A stretch of DNA of 64,000 nt from an uncultured Chthonomonadaceae bacterium (GCA_963835065.1 CAWIEK010000030.1:1-64000); one strand, 5' to 3'; shown: positions 9,738 through 20,143, counted from the stretch's first letter. Translations and numbers: made by a program. Notes: a model not told the origin generated them from the letters alone.

Positions 9738-10393
9738 AGGATACGACGCCGACACGCGGGCAGGCGTGTTGCCGGTGTTGGAGATGCCGTAGGCTGTCAT
9801 GCTTTAGGGCGCTCCGTTTCCCGCGTTGGCCGACGCGAAGTAATTCGTGCCGCTCGTGAATAGATAGCGGCGCGGTTACTTTTCCCGAATAGACCGTGAT
9901 GCAGTTGAAAGAATGGCGTTGATTCATGGTTGTCACATCTATAGACAGCATGGCGCGGCGAAAAGGTTGCACCAAAACAAGGCTCCGCGAAAAACAGGGC
10001 AGGGAACAAGACGCGCAGTGCCGGCAGATGTACTTTCTGGTACGAAATATAGGTTCGTAAGGTTGCATCTTTGTGCCAAGCGTAGCGGTCTAAACGCGCA
10101 ATGTTGAAAACAAATGTGCAAACCAAAAAAATTACGGGTAAAATGAACATAAGGCAACGTATCGCGTCCAGAAGATTGTTGGGGCGTCACGTCCCAATCT
10201 TTGTGCCAACACTTTTCTTGCATCAACCCATCCACGCGGACATTGCCGTTCGCAGCGTTCGCCTGAGTCCATCTACTCGCTTACTCTGCTCGCTTGCTGT
10301 AACGGCTTCATTCGCCGTTTCGCCTGGTTCTTTCACTCGTTCCATTCACCTGTATCACTTACTTGTTTCACTCGTTCCCGGAGGACACTTTCC

Positions 10394-11059
10394 ATGTACA
10401 ACTTGATTCGCAACACCATGCTTGCCGCCGCCCTGTTTGCCGTTTCGGTTCCCGCGTTTGCGCAGGACACGGCGAAGCCCGCGCAAACGCCCGCCCAACC
10501 GCCCGCTGCCGGCGCGCAGCCTGGCCGCCAGAATCGTCGCGGCGGTGGCCGCGCTCTGACGCTGGCCGCCATTCCCGTCGGCGTGATTGACATGCTCACC
10601 CCGCTGAAAGACGATCAGAAGACCAAAATCACCGGGCTTCAGGACAAGGCCAAGACGGACGCGGCGGCGGCTGCTGATGCCACCGCCCGCCGTGACGTGA
10701 ACACCAAAGCGGCTGCCGACATCAAAGCCGTGCTGACCACCGATCAGGTAAGCGCGGTTGACAAAGCCCTGCCCATGCTGAGTTTGCTCAATAACAGCCG
10801 CACCATTCCCGTCGCCGCGCTGCCCGATGTCAAGCTGACCAAAGACCAGATGGACAAAATCAGCGCCCTGACGGAAACGGAAAACGCCAAACTGAAAGGC
10901 TTGACGGGCGCGGACCGGCAGGCCAAAACCCAGGAAGTGAACGACGACTTCAAAACGCAGGTGATGGCGATGCTCACCACCACGCAGAAGGACGCGCTGA
11001 CCAAGTACGAGGCCGCGCATCCCCAGCAGGGCCGCCGCAACAACGCCAAAGCCGCTTAG
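10394..11059 (+). CDS. Exported helical protein, Spy/CpxP (LTxxQ)-like
   Basis: Signal peptide ending AFA-Q; repeated LTTDQ/LTKDQ/LTTTQ motifs; GGAGG RBS. Confidence 0.75.
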   Translation: MYNLIRNTMLAAALFAVSVPAFAQDTAKPAQTPAQPPAAGAQPGRQNRRGGGRALTLAAIPVGVIDMLTPLKDDQKTKITGLQDKAKTDAAAAADATARRDVNTKAAADIKAVLTTDQVSAVDKALPMLSLLNNSRTIPVAALPDVKLTKDQMDKISALTETENAKLKGLTGADRQAKTQEVNDDFKTQVMAMLTTTQKDALTKYEAAHPQQGRRNNAKAA

Positions 11060-11078
11060 GTTGTAACCTCATCATAGC

Positions 11079-11117
11079 CCCTCTCTGCCATGCAATACGA
11101 CAGGGAGGGATTTTTTT
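11079..11117 (+). terminator. Intrinsic terminator
   Basis: CCCTCTCTG...CAGGGAGGG then T-run. Confidence 0.5.
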
Positions 11118-11217
11118 ATGGCAATTTCACTGTGGTTCGGTGCGCAAGTTCCCGATAATAGGCAGAGAAACTCCCCTTAGAACTCGTTTCAGAACCCTTT
11201 TCAGGAGTATGCTCTGC

Positions 11218-13335
11218 ATGGCTGTTGTTCCGCAACCCGCGTCCACAAACCCGCCTTCCCTGTTTGATCGCCTGATGCGCCAGAGCGATCTGGCGCTGGC
11301 CGCGATCTTGATTTTGATTGTGGCGATGCTGATCGTGCCCCTGCCGGAATTCTTTCTGGACACGATGCTCGTCCTCAATGTTACGGGCGCGACGCTGGTG
11401 CTGCTTGTCGCGCTGTACAACACGGAACCGCTGCAATTCAGCATTTTCCCCTCCCTGCTGCTCGTGATGACCCTGTTCCGCCTGTCGCTCAATATCGCCG
11501 CCACAAAGCTGATTTTGAGCAACGGACACGCGGGAGCCGTGATCGAAGCGTTCGGAAAGTACGTTATCAGCGGCAACTACATCGTGGGGATTATCGCGTT
11601 TCTGGTCGTTGTCGTGGTGAATTTCGTCGTTATCACGAACGGCGCGGGGCGCGTGGCGGAAGTGGGCGCGCGCTTCACTTTGGATGCCATGCCGGGCAAG
11701 CAAATGTCCATTGACGCCGATCTGAACGCCGGTTTGATTAGCGAAGAGCAGGCCAAACTGCGGCGGCGCAAAATCGAAGCCGAAGCGGATTTTTACGGCG
11801 CAATGGACGGATCGAGCAAATTCGTGCGCGGCGACGCGGTGGCGGCGGTTCTGACAATCATTCTCAACATCGTGGGCGGGTTTGCGATGGGCATGACGCG
11901 GGGCGGCAACATCATGGATGTGCTGCAAAAGTACACCCTGCTGACGATTGGCGAAGGGCTTGTCGGCCAGATTCCCGCGCTGTTGATTTCCACCGCAACG
12001 GGTTTAATCGTCACGCGGGCGGCCTCGAAAGAATCGCTCGGCCAGGAGTTCGTCGGGCAGTTGTTTATGAAACCGCGCCCGCTCATGATCGTAACCGGCC
12101 TGCTGCTGCTGATGTTCGCGCTGCCGGGTTTTCCCAAACCGCAGATTTTCGTGGTGGCCTGTTGCGTAGGCGGGGCGGCGTGGGCGCTGACCAAAAAAGA
12201 AAAAGCGGACGGGGCGCGGCAGAAACTGGAAGAAGAGCGCGCGGCAGGCCAGGTATCCGACGCGCCAACCGAACCGGCAAGCGTGATGGAACATCTGGGC
12301 GTGACGACTATCGAACTGGAATTGGGCAGCAACCTTGTCGCTCTTGCCCTGCCGGATGAGGGCGGCGACCTTGCCGAGCGCGTGGGCAATCTGCGCAAGC
12401 AGATCGCACTGGAACTGGGCATCATCCTGCCGTCCGTGCGTATCCGCGACAACCTGCAACTGCGCGCCAACCATTACCAGATCAAAATCAAGGGCGCGAC
12501 TGTTGCCGCGCACGACCTGTACCCGAACTGCATTTTGGCGCTGGAAGGCGGCATCGTGTATCAGCGCTTTGAGGGCGTGGATACAATCGAACCGGCGTTG
12601 GGCACGCCCGCGCAGTGGATCGCGCGCAGCCTGAAAGAGCGGGCGGAAATGGCGGGCTATATCACGGTTGACCCCGCCACCGTTCTGATAACCCATCTGA
12701 CGGAAGTGATTAAAACCCATGCATACGAACTGCTGACGCGGCAGGAAACCCAAAAACTGATTGACCACGTGAAGCACACGGACGCGGCGGCGGTGGAGGA
12801 ACTGCTGCCCAACCTGATGACATTGGGCGAAGTGCAAAAGGTGCTGCAAAGCCTGCTGGCCGAGCGTATCGGGGTGCGCGACCTGACGACGATTCTGGAA
12901 ACGCTGGCCGATTACGCGCCGCGCACCAAAAACCCGGACGCGCTGACGGAATTCAGCCGACAGGCATTGGCGCGGCAAATTTGCAAGCAGTACCAGGAGG
13001 AGGACGGCATCATTCGCGTCCTGACGCTTGCGCCCGGACTGGAGCAGGAGATGCGGGGCGCGGTGCAGGCAACACCGACGGGCAACATGCTCGCCATTGA
13101 TCCGCAACTGGCGCAGGCGGTCATTCGCAGCCTGTCGCAGCAGATGGAAACGGCGGCGGAGCAGGGCTACAATCCCGTGCTGCTGTGTTCCGGGCAAATC
13201 CGCCTGCCCGTCAAGCGCCTGATTGAGCGTTCGCTGCCGACGCTTGCGGTCATGGCCTACACCGAAATCGTCCCGAAAGTGGAAGTGGAAGCTATCGGAA
13301 CTGTGGAAGCCGAACTTGCCCTCGCTCCGGCGTGA
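11218..13335 (+). CDS. flhA: Flagellar export gate protein FlhA
   Basis: FPSLLLVMTLFRLSLNIA, RVAEVGARFTLDAMPGKQMSIDADLNAG, FYGAMDGSSKFVRGDA. Confidence 0.95.
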   Translation: MAVVPQPASTNPPSLFDRLMRQSDLALAAILILIVAMLIVPLPEFFLDTMLVLNVTGATLVLLVALYNTEPLQFSIFPSLLLVMTLFRLSLNIAATKLILSNGHAGAVIEAFGKYVISGNYIVGIIAFLVVVVVNFVVITNGAGRVAEVGARFTLDAMPGKQMSIDADLNAGLISEEQAKLRRRKIEAEADFYGAMDGSSKFVRGDAVAAVLTIILNIVGGFAMGMTRGGNIMDVLQKYTLLTIGEGLVGQIPALLISTATGLIVTRAASKESLGQEFVGQLFMKPRPLMIVTGLLLLMFALPGFPKPQIFVVACCVGGAAWALTKKEKADGARQKLEEERAAGQVSDAPTEPASVMEHLGVTTIELELGSNLVALALPDEGGDLAERVGNLRKQIALELGIILPSVRIRDNLQLRANHYQIKIKGATVAAHDLYPNCILALEGGIVYQRFEGVDTIEPALGTPAQWIARSLKERAEMAGYITVDPATVLITHLTEVIKTHAYELLTRQETQKLIDHVKHTDAAAVEELLPNLMTLGEVQKVLQSLLAERIGVRDLTTILETLADYAPRTKNPDALTEFSRQALARQICKQYQEEDGIIRVLTLAPGLEQEMRGAVQATPTGNMLAIDPQLAQAVIRSLSQQMETAAEQGYNPVLLCSGQIRLPVKRLIERSLPTLAVMAYTEIVPKVEVEAIGTVEAELALAPA

Positions 13336-13343
13336 AGTCAGGT

Positions 13344-14840
13344 TTAACGGGCTTCCGAAACGGTGACGCTTCCGCCACCGGAGCCAACAATGCGGTAGCC
13401 GGTTCCTGTCCGCGATAAACGGGCATGGAGCGGGTCGGCAACCCAACTGGGCAGGTGAACGAGAAACGGCAGTATTCCGTCTTTTGCTTGCGTGATTGTG
13501 GAGTAGAACAGATGGTAAACAATCTCCCGCTGTAGTTCGGGGCTGAGAGTATTATAGGAACGTGGCTGAGTGAATGTTTCTCCCTGCGCAGCCAATTGCA
13601 GTGCGTCTTCTGACTCATTCTTTTGACGAATCATTTTCGAACCAATGACGCTCATGGTAAAGTTGCCTGTTTTGGGCAGCATTGGGAACTCTTGCTCGGG
13701 ATTGCTGTAGGGCTTTCCATCCAAGGTAGCAGGCAAAGTGGTGAGCCACTTTGCAACATCGGGAGGTAAGGCTTGCAGGAGGGATGGTCCCCAATCACTG
13801 ATGGCTGGTGGCAACGATATTTGGCGACGCAGGAGATAAAAGGTGTTGGCGTTCGGCTGCTGCAAAGTCCATCCGTACAGTTCGGCAAGCGCGGCGGGGA
13901 GGCGCGGAGCGTCCTTGTCTTGAAGCCTTAGTAAAATGCGTCGGTCATCGTTTTTAGGCAGGCAAGTGACGTTGAGGTGGAAGCGGTCGTTCAGCATTGT
14001 CAGCGTCTGCTTAATGCTAAACGCCTGCATCTGCGTGGAGCGCGGCGTGGTGGAGGCAGGCGTTAGCTGTGTAATGGCCTTGCGTTGATCTGTGCTATAC
14101 AGCAGTACGCGCTGCAAGCCTGACATGGGCGCAAAATCAAGCACCACATAGGTAAATGATACACCCCCGGCAAACAGGACGCTTTCTGTTTTCAGGGAAG
14201 CTTCTGGAAGCGCGGAAAGCTGCTTATCGAACTCACTCAACCGATACGTTGCGCTGTTGAGTTGATTTTGAAAGATGATCTGGGTTGCCTGTTGCTGCAA
14301 GGCAGAAGACAGCGTATAGACAGGAATCCCCTCCACAGAATCAAACATTTTCAATGCGTCCGGTGACAAATCAGCCTCCAACTCTCGAAACGAGGAGGAC
14401 AAGCTTTTGCCCGGTTTGGGCGTATAGACGGTAGAAATGAGGCTTAACAGATTGTGAAGGAAAGGCCGCATTTCTGCGGGCAGGATTTGCGGCCGCTCAT
14501 GTTCGTCGGTAAACCGTCTGCGCAAGAGTAGAATGCCGGACTTGGACATACTCCAGGAACAATCAAATGCTGTGGCAATTTGCGTCAGCGCTTGTCCTGC
14601 CGGCATCCGTGTTTCCAGAGTGAATGATTTAGACAAGGGCAGGCCGTCCACGACAACACTGATATTTATCTGTGCGGCGAGTTGTTCAATAGCTTGCTCA
14701 AGAGAGCTGTCCTTGCACCTTATATCTATGCTTTGTTGTTGCCATGTGTTTTGCTGCGCCCGACTCGGCAGAACGAAAAACGACAGAAAGGAACAAATAC
14801 AGGCAGTCAGGCATAATATGCCGGAAATATGTACTTTCAT
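13344..14840 (-). CDS. Exported hypothetical protein with STN/secretin-N-like domain
   Basis: Signal peptide; IDIRCKDSSLEQAIEQLAAQINISVVVD resembles STN; lower GC. Confidence 0.55.
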   Translation of the reverse strand: MKVHISGILCLTACICSFLSFFVLPSRAQQNTWQQQSIDIRCKDSSLEQAIEQLAAQINISVVVDGLPLSKSFTLETRMPAGQALTQIATAFDCSWSMSKSGILLLRRRFTDEHERPQILPAEMRPFLHNLLSLISTVYTPKPGKSLSSSFRELEADLSPDALKMFDSVEGIPVYTLSSALQQQATQIIFQNQLNSATYRLSEFDKQLSALPEASLKTESVLFAGGVSFTYVVLDFAPMSGLQRVLLYSTDQRKAITQLTPASTTPRSTQMQAFSIKQTLTMLNDRFHLNVTCLPKNDDRRILLRLQDKDAPRLPAALAELYGWTLQQPNANTFYLLRRQISLPPAISDWGPSLLQALPPDVAKWLTTLPATLDGKPYSNPEQEFPMLPKTGNFTMSVIGSKMIRQKNESEDALQLAAQGETFTQPRSYNTLSPELQREIVYHLFYSTITQAKDGILPFLVHLPSWVADPLHARLSRTGTGYRIVGSGGGSVTVSEAR

Positions 14841-15475
14841 GGAACCAATACTTTCCAGATGGATGTGTTACAAGGGGCTTTCTGTGTTCACTGAGGGGGC
14901 GGGGAGGCAGGATGTACACCCATCTTATGGAGGCGTAACTACTTGCGCCGAATCCCGGGCTATTAAGCGCGGCAACGGTATGTATATAGGTGTAGGAACA
15001 AGTTTGTTGTTCCCGGAAGAGGACGAATTCTATTGGATCAGGCGGCGGGCTGGGCGTTGAGTGAGAGTAGGGCTGAAGCACAGAGCTATGACCGAGCGTG
15101 TCCTCCGATGTTTGGGTAATTCCCAGAATAGAAGCGGCAGCTTTGTTCATGCCGCTGGATGTGCCTGTGATAATACTAACCCCAGCCTCCGAGCTGTTGG
15201 CGATGGTGAATGGGATGACGGGGGAGTCCAAAAGGCCGGAGTAATGCCAGACAGTCTTAAATGTGGCCTCATACGCAGCGAAGGCAGGATCGGTTGATGT
15301 GCTAATGAGTGAGCGATAAGCGCTAGACGCCATCAAGCAACCCTGAATGCTGACGCTTGCAGAGTTGGACAAATTATTGTCTGCGCCACCGCCGATTACA
15401 ACAGGGTAGCCATCTGCTATGGTCATAACGTTTTCTGCACACCATATACCGTTACCGGGCAAAGGATTACCGGCC
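14698..15475 (-). pseudogene. Probable 5'-truncated hypothetical Ser/Thr-rich protein
   Basis: The ORF-track N-terminus overlaps a different gene fragment in another frame; no RBS of its own seen. Confidence 0.4.
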
Positions 15476-15607
15476 GGTTTCGATGTCAATGGCGAGAAAT
15501 TTGCCTTTACTGTGCGCTTCCACTTGAGGCCGAATGTCACGGTTGTATATCTCATCGCCGCGTTGGACAAACTCTTCTTTTGGGTAGCGGGGCTGGCGTA
15601 CAGTCAT
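15467..15607 (-). pseudogene. 46-aa N-terminal remnant of a small DUF5678-like protein
   Basis: Own translation MTVRQPRYPKEEFVQRGDEIYNRDIRPQVEAHSKGKFLAIDIETGR*, with AGAGGA RBS; the family normally continues past IDIETG. Confidence 0.65.
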
Positions 15608-15746
15608 GCGTTTGTTCCTCTTTAGAAACCAGATTTAGAAGCCAGAATTGAAGCGCGGACGTCTGCGCTCCACTCCATTATACCACTTGCCTTCTCTTTG
15701 TTTCTTTGTCAACACCGGCGTTGCTTCTTTACGGTAGTGGCTTGTT

Positions 15747-16832
15747 TCAGATAATGGTTCCATATTTCGCCAGGTCTTTGCGCAGTTTGAGGACGGCCAG
15801 GTCTTTCGATTTGGCTTCCACCATGATGTCGAAGGGGCGCAAGCCCTGCGCTTTTTCCAGAAAGTACAAAAACTCCATCGGGTTGATGTAATCGGCGTGG
15901 AGGCGGTTTTCGGGCGCGGTTTCGTAGTTCTCCATCTTGCCGGTTTTGCCGTTCTTACGCGCCTGTTCCTGCGACTCGGTGCGCGGCGAACTGTAATGGA
16001 TTTTGGGCGTTTGTCCCTCCGGCCAGGTTGCCAGGGCGCGGGTCAGGGCTTCGCGCATGGATAATCGCTGGCCTTCGCCCGTTTGCGTTTGCGCCTGTCC
16101 CGCTTCGTCCGCCGTTGCGCCTGCCGCTCCTGCTCCTGAATCTTCTGCCGTTTCCCCTGCCTTTATCTCTTCGCTTTCCTGATTTGTTTCTCCTGCCGCA
16201 TCATTGTAAAGTGGATTGTTGCAAAAGTGGTGCAGGTTGTCGAAAACCACGCGGATGCCGCACAGTTCATGGACACGCAGGGCGTCGCGGGCGGAATACG
16301 TCACATCGTCGTTTTCCACGACAAGGCGGCGCCGCGTGATTTCGGGAAGTTGTTCGTAGCGGCGGGCGAAGCGCTCAATGCCCGATTTTTTGTCGCCATA
16401 CGCGCCGCCGACATGGGTAATCACAACCGCCCTCTCGTCCAGTCCCATCATCTCCAGAATCATGGCCTGCGCGTTCAGGTCGGCAATGGATTTGGTGGCA
16501 ATCGCCTCGTCCACCGCATTGAGAACGATGTACTGCGAGGGGTGCAGCGACAGGCGTAAATCGTACTCGCGGGCTTTTTTGCCCAACGCCGCCAGCTCCT
16601 CCCGCGATTCTTCCAGTTGGTTGTGAAACTGCGGCATATCCGGGTGCGTGAGATACGGCGCGAGATCGCTGCTCATGCGGTACATGCGAATGTCGGCGCG
16701 GTTCAGATATTCAAACACCTCATGGATCATTTCGATGCTGCACTTGAGATGCGGGTTGTTCTTGTGCCGCCGCATATCGCATTCTTTGATTCCGCCCTCC
16801 CCCAACACTTTCACCGCAAATCCGATACGCAT
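15747..16832 (-). CDS. uvsE: UV DNA damage endonuclease
   Basis: RMYRMSSD, RLSLHPSQY, ENDD, VFDNLHH, PKIHYSS, HADYI, MVEAKSKDLA. Confidence 0.93.
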   Translation of the reverse strand: MRIGFAVKVLGEGGIKECDMRRHKNNPHLKCSIEMIHEVFEYLNRADIRMYRMSSDLAPYLTHPDMPQFHNQLEESREELAALGKKAREYDLRLSLHPSQYIVLNAVDEAIATKSIADLNAQAMILEMMGLDERAVVITHVGGAYGDKKSGIERFARRYEQLPEITRRRLVVENDDVTYSARDALRVHELCGIRVVFDNLHHFCNNPLYNDAAGETNQESEEIKAGETAEDSGAGAAGATADEAGQAQTQTGEGQRLSMREALTRALATWPEGQTPKIHYSSPRTESQEQARKNGKTGKMENYETAPENRLHADYINPMEFLYFLEKAQGLRPFDIMVEAKSKDLAVLKLRKDLAKYGTII

Positions 16833-17050
16833 GGTCGTTTCTGCCTCTTTCGGTTTTTATTCATCAGTCTGCACTGACCTGTATTCCTAAAGGACGTTTG
16901 CGTGACCGGGCAGGGTTCCAAAGGATAAATTTGTGTTCTTTGTGTCGAGCAGAAGGAATTTTTTGTGTCGAGCAGAAGATTCCGATAAACAGAAGGCGAA
17001 GCGTACAGGCAAGAGAGTTTGGATGCAAGAGCGTACAGGGGAGCCGAAAC

Positions 17051-17809
17051 GTGCGGGAAGCGGTTACAGAAGCAGTTACATTGGCCTGGAACGGCCTGCT
17101 TGATCTGGTTTATCCGCCCTGCTGCCTGCTGTGCGGCAAGCGTCTGGAAGAGGGCGCGCTTTGCCCCGCGTGTATTCGCGGCTTTGCGCCCATTCTGCCG
17201 CCGTTTTGTGACCGGTGCGGCGGGTATGTGGAAGCGGGGCGCAGGGTCTGCGAGGCTTGCGAAACCGGGCCGGGAACGCCGTACCAATGGTCGCAGGCGA
17301 TGGGCAAATTCGAGGGCGGACTGCGGGACGCCATTTTGCGCTTCAAGTACGGAGGCAAGGCCACGCTTGCGCAGCCGCTCGGCTCGCTGCTGGCGCGTTC
17401 GCTGGATCAGCCGCCCTCGCCCCTGCTCACTTCGACGTTGGGCGAACCGTTGACGTTCGACGCGGTTGTGCCGGTTCCGCTGCATCCGTCGAAATTACGG
17501 CAGCGCGGCTTCAACCAATCGGAGCGATTGGCGCGGATCGTGGCACAGGAGCGGGGCTGGCATTTGGATGCAAACGGCATTGTCCGCGTCCGCAAAACGC
17601 GGGTACAGGCGTCGCTTGATGGGGCACAGCGCATTGATAATGTGCGGGACGCTTTTGCCTGCCGTCCGCAGCAACGCTATGCCGGCCAGTCCGTATTGAT
17701 TGTAGACGATGTGCTGACAACGGGTTCTACCGCGCGGGAAGTGGCGCGGATAGCGCGTGACGCCGGCGCAAAGCGCGTGTGCGTGGTGGCATTGGCGCGT
17801 GGTCAGTAA
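17051..17809 (+). CDS. comF: ComF family (double Zn-ribbon + PRTase)
   Basis: CxxC pairs, VPVPLH, RGFNQS, LIVDDVLTTGST. Confidence 0.9.
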   Translation: MREAVTEAVTLAWNGLLDLVYPPCCLLCGKRLEEGALCPACIRGFAPILPPFCDRCGGYVEAGRRVCEACETGPGTPYQWSQAMGKFEGGLRDAILRFKYGGKATLAQPLGSLLARSLDQPPSPLLTSTLGEPLTFDAVVPVPLHPSKLRQRGFNQSERLARIVAQERGWHLDANGIVRVRKTRVQASLDGAQRIDNVRDAFACRPQQRYAGQSVLIVDDVLTTGSTAREVARIARDAGAKRVCVVALARGQ

Positions 17810-17899
17810 ACGAACAATCTCACTGCCGACATATTCAGCCGGAAGTTGCAGGTGTTCGGCAGTCAATGAACCCTTTAGATTAGAATCAAGGAGAAACAC

Positions 17900-18325
17900 A
17901 TGCCTACTCGCAACGCCGAAGCCGAATGGCGCGGCAGCCTTACCGAAGGCACAGGAACCATGACACTGGGAAGCGGCGCGTTCAGCGGGCCGTATGACTG
18001 GCGCTCCCGCTCCGCCGATGGCGCGGGCACGAACCCCGAAGAATTGATCGGCGCGGCACACGCGGGCTGCTTCTCCATGGCGCTGTCGGCGCAACTGACA
18101 CAGGCCGGAACTCCGCCGACCCGCATCCACACGGTTGCCCGCGTCAAACTGGACAAAGTAGGGGAAGGCTTCGCCATCACGAACATTGACCTGGAAACCG
18201 AAGCGGAAGTGCCCGGACTGGACGCTGCCGGATTTCAAACCCACGCCGAGTCCGCCAAAGCCAACTGCCCCGTTTCCAAAGCGCTGGCGGGAACGCAGAT
18301 ACATTTGAAGGCGACGCTGGTTTAG
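17900..18325 (+). CDS. osmC: OsmC family peroxiredoxin
   Basis: GTNPEELIGAAHAGCFSMAL, CPVSKAL. Confidence 0.95.
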   Translation: MPTRNAEAEWRGSLTEGTGTMTLGSGAFSGPYDWRSRSADGAGTNPEELIGAAHAGCFSMALSAQLTQAGTPPTRIHTVARVKLDKVGEGFAITNIDLETEAEVPGLDAAGFQTHAESAKANCPVSKALAGTQIHLKATLV

Positions 18326-18441
18326 GCATTAGGCATTAGGCATTAGGCTGCTCATTGTCGGCTCGAATCTGTTGCGTCTTTAGACGACGGTACTCTGCTT
18401 AAGCAGGCGCTAATGCCTAATGCCTAATGCCTAATGCCTGA
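18323..18441. repeat. Inverted heptamer arrays (TAGGCAT)x3.5 ... (ATGCCTA)x4
   Basis: Starts at the osmC TAG stop; about 60-bp spacer. Confidence 0.9.
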
Positions 18442-18456
18442 TTGGAGAAACTAACA

Positions 18457-19182
18457 ATGACCGCTGTACTACCCGGCGAAGCGTTCAGCGCGGAGCGGTG
18501 CGCAGAAATTGCCGAAGAGTTCTTTCGGGAAGGCTGCGTTCTGGTTCCGGGGGTTTTGTCTTCGGCAGAAGTGGACGCGCTGCGCGCTAAGACCGACGAT
18601 TACTTTGCCCACCGCGATGAGATACCTTCTCAGCATGTTTCCTACGTGAACGGCGCGTTCGTTTTGCGGCGCGGGGCGGAACTGGACCCGCTGTTTGCGG
18701 CAATGGTCACGCATGAGCCGATACAAAGCCTTGTCACGGCGGTTCTGGGGCCGCAGCCAGCGTTCAATGCGTTCAACATCATCCGCAACGAACCCGGACA
18801 GGCGATCAGCCGATGGCATGTAGACGATGTATTGGAGTTTCCCCTGCCGCCCGACATGCCGCGCTTCGATGCCCGGATGCGGATGCCCGTGTTCTGGTTC
18901 ACCGTGCAGGTGGCTCTCAGCGATATTCCCGATTTGGCGCACGGCCCGACGCAGTACGTTCCCCACAGCCACTATTCCGGGCGGCAGCCCGTCAGTCAGG
19001 ATGAGCCGATGTTTGAGGGACACGCTCCCAAAGCGGTTTTCTGCAAGGCGGGCGATATTTATTTTACCAATCATCAGGCCTGGCATCGCGGAGCGCCCAA
19101 CACTTCCAACGACATTCGCTACGTGATGCAGTTGCAGTACGCGCAGCGCTGGGCAAGCCGACGTTTTCAGGGAATGGCCTGA
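18457..19182 (+). CDS. Phytanoyl-CoA dioxygenase (PhyH) family 2OG-Fe(II) enzyme
   Basis: WHVD, GPTQYVPHSH, KAGD, WHRGAPN. Confidence 0.88.
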   Translation: MTAVLPGEAFSAERCAEIAEEFFREGCVLVPGVLSSAEVDALRAKTDDYFAHRDEIPSQHVSYVNGAFVLRRGAELDPLFAAMVTHEPIQSLVTAVLGPQPAFNAFNIIRNEPGQAISRWHVDDVLEFPLPPDMPRFDARMRMPVFWFTVQVALSDIPDLAHGPTQYVPHSHYSGRQPVSQDEPMFEGHAPKAVFCKAGDIYFTNHQAWHRGAPNTSNDIRYVMQLQYAQRWASRRFQGMA

Positions 19183-19222
19183 ATAGCCCTCACTCTCCGT
19201 AGAGCGCAATGAAAGTAAATTT

Positions 19223-19687
19223 GTGAATCCACCCAAACACATTGTCGCCGTTGCGGGACTTGTCACGAACGCGGAGAATCATGTCTTGATGATCCGCAGT
19301 CCGCGCCGGGATTGGGAGTTTCCGGGCGGTCAGGTCGAGGCGGGCGAAACACTCACTGGAGCTTTGCGGCGCGAGGTTTATGAAGAAACGGGTGTTCGCG
19401 TTGAAGTGGGCCAATTGGTCGGCGTGTATTCCAACATCAAGTCGCACATCGTAATGTTCGACTTTTTGTGTACGTGGATCGAGGGCGAACCTCGCATCAG
19501 CCCGGAGAGTTTAGAAGTGGTGTGGGTAGCACGGGAAGAAGCGCTTGCGTATATCATTCGCCCTGCCATCCGCGAGCGGATGCGCGACATGCTGGAATTT
19601 ACAGGCCAAGTTGTGTATCGCGCCTACTCGTTTGACGCCAATGAAGTCCACGCGGCATACACTGTTCATGAGGAACGAACAATTTAG
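19223..19687 (+). CDS. NUDIX hydrolase
   Basis: GGQVEAGETLTGALRREVYEETG. Confidence 0.92.
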   Translation: MNPPKHIVAVAGLVTNAENHVLMIRSPRRDWEFPGGQVEAGETLTGALRREVYEETGVRVEVGQLVGVYSNIKSHIVMFDFLCTWIEGEPRISPESLEVVWVAREEALAYIIRPAIRERMRDMLEFTGQVVYRAYSFDANEVHAAYTVHEERTI

Positions 19688-19714
19688 AACCAGTAGAAGA
19701 ACGAGGAGACGGGC

Positions 19715-20143
19715 ATGGCGCTCATGGGCGCGGCGGCGATTATCGTGAATGAGCGAGGAGAAGTGCTGCTCGTCAAGCACACCTATGGCAAGCGCAACTG
19801 GGAAATACCCGGCGGCAGAGCAGAGGAAGGCGAGTCGCCTGTAGACACGGCTATTCGTGAAGTGAGGGAAGAAACAGAGCTGTCCGTTGTGGCCCAACAC
19901 ATGACGGGTTACTACTTCGACCTTGTGGCAGGCGGCCTCCACTTTGTGTTCTGGTGCAAGGTAGAAAAGGAAAACGCCGAGGCCAAACCGGACGGCGCGG
20001 AAATATCCGAGTGCGCTTACTGGCCGCCGGAGGTGTTGCCACGCCCAATAAGCGACTTTACCTTGCTTCGCATCCACGACGCGCTGGCAGGAGCCGAATA
20101 TCCACTTCCTACCGCAGTTGGGCCACGACAATGGCAGGAATGA
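19715..20143 (+). CDS. NUDIX hydrolase
   Basis: GGRAEEGESPVDTAIREVREETEL. Confidence 0.92.
   Translation: MALMGAAAIIVNERGEVLLVKHTYGKRNWEIPGGRAEEGESPVDTAIREVREETELSVVAQHMTGYYFDLVAGGLHFVFWCKVEKENAEAKPDGAEISECAYWPPEVLPRPISDFTLLRIHDALAGAEYPLPTAVGPRQWQE

Noticed and set aside
9026..9900. HNH gene as IscB/HEARO-type RNA-guided nuclease
   Set aside because: Only about 175 aa, no RuvC or PLMP motifs; ordinary McrA-like HNH
12004..13446. Long antisense ORFs (e.g. 480 aa opposite flhA, 330 aa opposite mutS2)
   Set aside because: Shadow ORFs expected from GC-rich codon bias; no motifs
15747..20143. uvsE-comF-osmC-PhyH-NUDIX as one stress/repair system
   Set aside because: Common genes, mixed orientation, no shared regulatory motif found
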